Part shown: positions 40,916-46,190 of the stretch, one piece after another
How the letters are laid out: each line of letters starts with the position of its first letter
Numbering within the stretch: the stretch's first letter is position 1
Assembly: GCA_041737685.1 (NCBI GenBank)
Contig: JBGSRG010000240.1
Location: 1 to 46,190, forward strand
Source of the DNA: Phycisphaerales bacterium
GTDB lineage: Bacteria > Planctomycetota > Phycisphaerae > Phycisphaerales > UBA1924
Direction of reading: 5' to 3'
DNA length: 46,190 nt
The notes under the pieces: model-generated
Databases searched by the model: none
The model's input: the letters and a program-made list of their open reading frames with translations, nothing else
What the model was told of the DNA's origin: nothing
Position numbers and translations under genes: made by a program

Positions 40916-42118
40916 ATGCCCCGACGCCACGCCCGAAAGCACCTGGTCAGCCGATTGAAGCAGCGACATCCGCCGGGAACGATGCCGGGCACGCTGTCGA
41001 TTGATCCAGCGGCCCCGCGGCCGGTGATCAACGTGATGGAGTTTGACGCGGCGGGATGCCGCGAGCGCACGGACGTATCGATGGAGGAACTCGATGGTCT
41101 AGCCATTAGGCTGGGTCGATCTGGTGGGCAGCAGAGGGCGGCGGCTTCGGGAACTTCACCTGCGTCTGTTTCGAGTACGGCAACGCGGGCTGGTGCGGGT
41201 TCCGGCGTGCTGTGGGTCGACGTGATCGGAACGGGCGACGCGGCGGTGATTCAGCACATCGGCGAACTGTTCGGGCTGCACCGGCTGGAACTCGAGGACA
41301 TCGTGAGTTCGCACCAGCGCGCCAAGGTTGAGGACTACACCGACCATGTCTATTTGGTCATGCGAGAGTGTTCGTGTCATAAAGATCTCGAGCAGGATCA
41401 GATCAGCCTGTGCATGGGACAGGGTTGGGTGGTCAGCTTTCAGGGCAAGCACGGTGATTGTTACGAGCCGGTACGGCAGCGGATTCGACAGCGTAAGGGC
41501 CGGATCAGCGCCCAGGGCGCCGACTATCTGGCGTATGCGCTGATCGACGCGGTGGTCGACTCGTATTTCCCTGCACTCGAGCACTTGGGTGAAACGCTGG
41601 AAGCTTTGGAGGACGAGACGACGTTGAAGCCGAGTGAGGCAACGGCCGCGGCGATTCACCACGTCAAACGTGATCTGCTGACGGTGCGCCGTGCGGTCTG
41701 GCCTGCGCGAGAGGCGATCAGCACGTTGATACGGGAGGATCATGCGTTCATCACGGCGGATACGCGGGTGTATCTGCGCGACTGCTACGACCACCTTGTC
41801 CAGTTGATGGACATGGTGGAGACGTACCGGGAGATTGGCTCGGGCCTGATGGACATCTATCTGGCAAGCGTGAGCAACAAGATGAGCGAGGTGATGAAGG
41901 TATTGACCATCATCGCGACGATTTTTATGCCGCTGAGTTTCATCGCGGGTCTGTACGGCATGAACTTCAACACGCAGGCGTCTTGGGTGAACATGCCGGA
42001 ACTAAACTGGGCGTTTGGCTACCCGTTTGCGCTGGGGCTGATGGCGGCGACGGCGACGGTGATGCTGGTTTACTTTGGGCGCAAGGGCTGGGTCTTTGGT
42101 ACGAGACGGAACCGCTGA
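40916..42118 (+). CDS. corA: CorA-family magnesium/cobalt transporter
   Basis: The translation contains LTIIATIFMPLSFIAGLYGMNF (GMN motif) and two C-terminal TM helices. ATG 40916 is preferred over the TTG at 40901. A Ser/Ala/Gly-rich insertion lies near residue 70. Confidence 0.9.
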   Translation: MPRRHARKHLVSRLKQRHPPGTMPGTLSIDPAAPRPVINVMEFDAAGCRERTDVSMEELDGLAIRLGRSGGQQRAAASGTSPASVSSTATRAGAGSGVLWVDVIGTGDAAVIQHIGELFGLHRLELEDIVSSHQRAKVEDYTDHVYLVMRECSCHKDLEQDQISLCMGQGWVVSFQGKHGDCYEPVRQRIRQRKGRISAQGADYLAYALIDAVVDSYFPALEHLGETLEALEDETTLKPSEATAAAIHHVKRDLLTVRRAVWPAREAISTLIREDHAFITADTRVYLRDCYDHLVQLMDMVETYREIGSGLMDIYLASVSNKMSEVMKVLTIIATIFMPLSFIAGLYGMNFNTQASWVNMPELNWAFGYPFALGLMAATATVMLVYFGRKGWVFGTRRNR

Positions 42119-42226
42119 GGCCACGATGGAGCGGTCGATTGATGGGCGGTTGGCTGACAATTGAGCGAAGTTTCGAAGCAGCGGTTGACGACTGGGTGAC
42201 CGCTCTCCAATCACTTGAAAGCTCAG

Positions 42227-43393
42227 TCACTTTCGATCGTGCTCGTGTTCGGCGGCGTGATCGTGATCGGGAGTGGTCGCGGCCGCGCTTGATTTGGCAT
42301 CGATCGTGAAGGTAACAGGGATTTGCACTCCGTCGGCCAAGAGCGTGGCGAAGCCGCGATACATCCCTGGCTGTGGGAACGTGATGCTGTAAACGGTGTC
42401 AGTGTCGCTGCCATTGGCCAGTCGCTTGGCCCATTCGACAACGTGATCGGCGGTTGATTGGGCTGGACGGGCGAACGCGGCGCTCATGAGGTCGGTTGAG
42501 ACAAAGAACAGTTCGGGCGGCGAACCGACGTGAGCGTCGGGATTGGGGTCAGCATCCGTGCCGGCATCTGTGTCGGCGGCCCGGTCGATAGGCACTTCGA
42601 TACCGTTCTTCTGGAGCGAGAGGCGGAGCGGAAACTCGCGCCCTTCGCCAGCGGTGTAAGGCTCTCCGTTGCAGCGAAGCCGAAACTCGTGGCCTTTGAC
42701 ATGAAAGACCTGATCCCAGTCTTCCTTTGTCGGCTGCGGCTCGCTTGTATCAGTCTGAGCATCGCGCGACTGCTCGCGGCCGATTATGCAGCGGGCAACA
42801 AACGTCTGGGTGTTTCGGCCCTGAGTGGTGAGGCTGCCAACGACCACATGAAGCCCGGAGTGCTTGGCTGGAAGTTCGATGAACTCGGGTCGATCCGTCA
42901 AGATGATCGGCGTGATGCTCGTGAGGGAAGCGTTGACCGCGTAAGCCGTTGGCGAGATGGCCCACTGCTCTTGCATGGGCAGGCCGGTGGGGCCGAGTAC
43001 GCGAACACCGAAACGCCCGCGCTGTGAGTTGGCTTGGTCGGGAACGGGGACGAGTTGAACCGCGCAGGGGATCTTGTCGAGCGTGACAAGCGCCATGCCG
43101 CATGTGGGACAGTTGTCTCGGTCGGAATACTCGACGCCGGGCTCGCAGTGCATGGGGCAAGCAAGGCCCGCCGCAGCGTGAGTGCTTTGGCTTGAGTTTG
43201 ACTGGCCGATATCAGTGTTGCAGGACTGGTCGCAGCCGACCAGTCCAAGACCTAGCCCCATGACAACGCTCCAAATGGCGGCGAGGCGGGCGGTAGGGGG
43301 GTAGTTCACGGCACCGGACCCGATCAATCGAGTCGATGAGTGAGGCCTGATTTGAAGGCGAGTCTGCGCCTGGCTGTAGTTCGCGTACATCAT
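42227..43393 (-). CDS. Lipoprotein with an N-terminal heavy-metal-binding zinc-ribbon domain (HMBD-like) and a C-terminal beta-rich domain ending in a His-rich tail
   Basis: ATG 43393 follows AAGGA. The lipobox is GLGLGLVGC. The HMBD-like motif is CPMHCEPGVEYSDRDNCPTCGMALV (about 43088-43159). The C-terminus is TTPDHDHAAEHEHDRK. Confidence 0.7.
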   Translation of the reverse strand: MMYANYSQAQTRLQIRPHSSTRLIGSGAVNYPPTARLAAIWSVVMGLGLGLVGCDQSCNTDIGQSNSSQSTHAAAGLACPMHCEPGVEYSDRDNCPTCGMALVTLDKIPCAVQLVPVPDQANSQRGRFGVRVLGPTGLPMQEQWAISPTAYAVNASLTSITPIILTDRPEFIELPAKHSGLHVVVGSLTTQGRNTQTFVARCIIGREQSRDAQTDTSEPQPTKEDWDQVFHVKGHEFRLRCNGEPYTAGEGREFPLRLSLQKNGIEVPIDRAADTDAGTDADPNPDAHVGSPPELFFVSTDLMSAAFARPAQSTADHVVEWAKRLANGSDTDTVYSITFPQPGMYRGFATLLADGVQIPVTFTIDAKSSAAATTPDHDHAAEHEHDRK

Positions 43394-43582
43394 GTGTTTG
43401 TGTCCTTGCGGATTCGTGCTGAGGGTTCGTGCTGGGCGGCACATGCGGGCGATGGGCGGCTTTCACAGCCTGCGGGGTAGTTCGTGCAATTCATCGTACA
43501 TCGATTGTGGACGCGAAGTTCGGGATTGCGAATCGAGGCCGCCGCGGGCCGGTACACTCTGCCCGGACACTCAGGAATTCCC

Positions 43583-45901
43583 ATGAACACGCGACGCTGC
43601 CTCACTCCGCTCTCACCTGCCCTCCGAATGTCTTCGCCCCGGGCAAGTAAGAGTTTGTTGACACGCTCTCAACCCCGACCGATTCGACTGATGTGCCCGA
43701 ATCTGGTCGCCCGGGCGTTAATGCTTCCGCTCGCTCTCGGACTGCTCGGCGGGGCCGTCGCGGGTTGTGCTTCGGGCGGTTCATCGACAGCATCCGGGGC
43801 GGATTCGACGTCGGCAGACGCGAATGCCGGATCCGGCCCCACCACCTCCGACCCGCGCATCGACGCGCTGGACATCGATGTTCGCAAGTCCATCGCTCGG
43901 GCCAGAGACCACGTTTTCCCGGCGCTGGTTAACATCGACGTGGTCTCACTCGACTATTCGTCGGGCAAGGAGACCAAACTTCGATCGACGGGATCGGGAA
44001 CGATCATTTCCAGCGAGGGCCACGTGCTGACCAACGCGCACGTAACGGATCAGGGCGTGCGGTTCTGGTGTGTGTTGGCCGACAAACGGCGCGTTCCCGC
44101 CACGCTTGTGGGCGAAGACCCGTGGACCGATCTTGCGATTCTCAAACTGGATTCGAGCTTAGTGAACGCGGCGGGGACCAGCGGCGGCGGCCTGCCTGTG
44201 GCCAGTTTGGGCAACTCCGATCGCCTGACGGTGGGTGAGTATGTCTTGGCGATGGGTTCGCCATTTTCGCTCAGCCGGACGGTAACGCTCGGTGTTGTCA
44301 GCAACACCGAGCGTGTGTTTACGGGTGGCGGCGGCGGCGACGTCGATGAAATCCAGTTGAATTCTGACCAGCGCACTGGCACGTTTACGAACTGGGTGCA
44401 GCACGATGCGCTGATCAACCCGGGCAACTCCGGCGGACCGCTGGTGAATCTGGCGGGCGAGGTCGTGGGTGTGAACACCCGCGGCGGTTCGGGCATGGCG
44501 TTCGCCACGCCGAGCAACCAGGCGCAGCGTGTCGCCGAGGAACTGATCCGCACCGGCGAGGTGGTTCGGAGCACGTTGGGCATTACGTTCCGGCACATCG
44601 AGAGCACGGGTTTGAAGGAGGGCGTGCTGGTTGATTCGGTGGAGGCCGAGGGGGCAGCGGCGATGGCGGGCCTCACGCCTGGCGACGTGGTGACGGCGAT
44701 CAATGGCGAGCCGCTGACGGTTCGGTTTGCTGAGGAAGTGCCGCCGCTGCTGAAGCGCATAGCTCAGATGCCGGTGGGTGCATCGATCAGGCTGGACTAT
44801 CAGCGCAACATCGGCAAGGGCGAGTCTGGGTCTGCGTCGGCAACAACAACCAAACTGCTTCGCGATCAGGGCAAGCAGGTGGCGCTGCGATTGTGGGGCC
44901 TGACGGTGCAGGTGATCACTGAGCGAGCGCAGCAGCGGATGCGATTGCCCAGCGCTCGCGGGGCGATTGTGAGCGGGCTGTCCCGTGGTGGCACGGCCTC
45001 AACCGCCGAGCCGTCGATTTCATGGGGCGACGTGATCACGGCGATTAACGGCAAGGCTACCAACAACCTTGATGAGGTGGTTGCGGCATATGAACTGGTA
45101 GCGGCTATGGAAAATGACAAGCGGCCCGAGTGGGTGATGATCGAGTTTGAGCGCGACGGTCAGAGTTACCTGACGCTGATCAAGCCCGCACCCGCCGAAA
45201 GCCCGGATCCGCCGATCGAGCTGCCCAAGGCATGGATCGGTGTGGCGACGCAGCCGGTGATCCGACCTTTGGCCAAGCAACTGGGCGATGAATCCCGAAC
45301 CGGGTTCCGCGTGACGCGGGTCTATACCGGCACGCGGGCCGACTCGGCGGGGCTTCGCGTGGGCGATCTGATCGTGTCGCTCAACGGCGATCCCATCCGC
45401 CCGGCAACCCAGCAGGACTCCGGGCAGTTGAATCGGCAAGTACGCCGTCTGTCGATCGGCGGCGAGGCCAAACTGGGCATCGTCCGCAACGGTGAGCCAC
45501 AGGAAGTCGCGGTTCAACTGGAACGGACCAAACTGGAGTCGGCCGAGGCACCGCGAGCACAGAACACCGACTTTGAGATGTCGGTGCGCGAGGTCACGTT
45601 CTTTGATCGCCAGGATCGGCGCTGGGACGACTCGGTGACGGGCGTGATCGTGTCGAGCGTTGAACAGGCGGGCTGGGCGGGGCTGGGCGGTGTGCGGCCG
45701 GGCGATCTGATTCAGCGGATCGGCGATGAGGCCATCACCGATGTGGCGTCGTTCAAGCGCACGATGAAGAAGATCGAGAAGGACCAGCCCGATCGGATCG
45801 TCTTTGTGGTGTTTCGCGGCTTCCGAACGTACTTCCGCTTTGTTGAGCCTGACTGGAAACCCGGCGCAAGCGACGTGCCGGCAGAAGACGAGAACGGCTA
45901 A
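43583..45901 (+). CDS. HtrA/DegP-like trypsin-family serine protease with multiple PDZ domains, probable lipoprotein
   Basis: The catalytic triad contexts are VLTNAHV, TDLAILKL and GNSGGPLVN. Several PDZ-like units are present (GLTPGDVVTAINGE, WGDVITAINGK, GLRVGDLIVSLNGD, GVRPGDLIQRIGDE). The lipobox is LLGGAVAGC. The start is ATG 43583 or 43691. Confidence 0.85.
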   Translation: MNTRRCLTPLSPALRMSSPRASKSLLTRSQPRPIRLMCPNLVARALMLPLALGLLGGAVAGCASGGSSTASGADSTSADANAGSGPTTSDPRIDALDIDVRKSIARARDHVFPALVNIDVVSLDYSSGKETKLRSTGSGTIISSEGHVLTNAHVTDQGVRFWCVLADKRRVPATLVGEDPWTDLAILKLDSSLVNAAGTSGGGLPVASLGNSDRLTVGEYVLAMGSPFSLSRTVTLGVVSNTERVFTGGGGGDVDEIQLNSDQRTGTFTNWVQHDALINPGNSGGPLVNLAGEVVGVNTRGGSGMAFATPSNQAQRVAEELIRTGEVVRSTLGITFRHIESTGLKEGVLVDSVEAEGAAAMAGLTPGDVVTAINGEPLTVRFAEEVPPLLKRIAQMPVGASIRLDYQRNIGKGESGSASATTTKLLRDQGKQVALRLWGLTVQVITERAQQRMRLPSARGAIVSGLSRGGTASTAEPSISWGDVITAINGKATNNLDEVVAAYELVAAMENDKRPEWVMIEFERDGQSYLTLIKPAPAESPDPPIELPKAWIGVATQPVIRPLAKQLGDESRTGFRVTRVYTGTRADSAGLRVGDLIVSLNGDPIRPATQQDSGQLNRQVRRLSIGGEAKLGIVRNGEPQEVAVQLERTKLESAEAPRAQNTDFEMSVREVTFFDRQDRRWDDSVTGVIVSSVEQAGWAGLGGVRPGDLIQRIGDEAITDVASFKRTMKKIEKDQPDRIVFVVFRGFRTYFRFVEPDWKPGASDVPAEDENG

Positions 45902-46077
45902 CGTGAATGGCCGGGTGGGTGGTGGGGCAGCGGGCACGTAACTCTGGCGGTACATGTTTCAGCGTTGCGCGCGTTGATGGCGATCGAATGGTTTGGGCCC
46001 CGCGGTCTGAGTCACATCAGATCAATCCCCGCAAGGGCTCGATGATCCAAGGTCTTATCTTTCAAAAGGAACTCACG

Positions 46078-46190
46078 ATGACTGTCCGTCTCAATCGTTC
46101 GGTTTGCTCGCTCGGTCGTTGCTCTCGGTCGTTGGCTGCGCTCAGCGTGCTGCTTGCCTCAGCGGGGTTTGCCTCGGCCGTGCCCGCGGC
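46078..46190 (+). CDS. Secreted protein, N-terminal fragment (continues past the window end)
   Basis: ATG 46078 is preceded by AAGGA. Manual translation gives MTVRLNRSVCSLGRCSRSLAALSVLLASAGFASAVPA, which is signal-peptide-like. The frame stays open to the window edge. Confidence 0.45.
   Translation, partial: MTVRLNRSVCSLGRCSRSLAALSVLLASAGFASAVPA

Noticed and set aside
1-46190. Search for mobile elements, prophage, defence islands, toxin-antitoxin pairs, reverse transcriptases, integrases and terminal inverted repeats
   Set aside because: None found. Every substantial ORF is accounted for by a housekeeping or envelope function or a plain hypothetical, and I saw no obvious compositional break or flanking tRNA or repeat pair.

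Overview
This is a GC-rich (by eye roughly 60-65% G+C), densely coding bacterial chromosomal segment with about 36 CDS on both strands. Almost all are core housekeeping genes: dnaA, ribosomal proteins L21, L27 and L28, kdsA, argG, gpmI, greA, a glycogen synthase and an alpha-glucan phosphorylase, an ABC-F ATPase, corA, a YmdB-type phosphoesterase, yggS, a peroxiredoxin and a multi-PDZ HtrA-like protease. Several traits suggest a Planctomycetota/PVC-type (Phycisphaerae-like) genome, but this is inference only: a prepilin-type pseudopilin, a eukaryote-type GT3 glycogen synthase, a dockerin-tagged secreted EEP enzyme, and many Gly/Ser/Ala/Asp-rich low-complexity insertions inside conserved enzymes. 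I found no rRNA, tRNA, CRISPR array, transposase, integrase, phage gene or recognisable defence gene. The many long antisense ORFs in the six-frame track are ordinary high-GC artefacts. I do not see a convincing novel multi-gene system; this looks like an origin-proximal core region. The observations most worth a second look are: (1) a cluster of same-orientation DnaA-box-like motifs with a 13-nt tandem duplication at a divergent gene boundary about 1.7 kb upstream of dnaA, plus a second small box pair with a T-rich tract directly upstream of dnaA (candidate oriC); (2) a stand-alone mcsA-mcsB protein-arginine-kinase module without ctsR or clpC; (3) a zinc-ribbon gene followed by an unusual NapH/CcoG-like 4Fe-4S membrane protein fused to a long TPR-like region; (4) a lipoprotein with a heavy-metal-binding zinc-ribbon domain and an apparently degenerate metal site; (5) a GT3 glycogen synthase and an odd argG-glgP-ymdB co-directional cluster. 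All functional calls rest on motif recognition in the supplied translations, and no database search was run.
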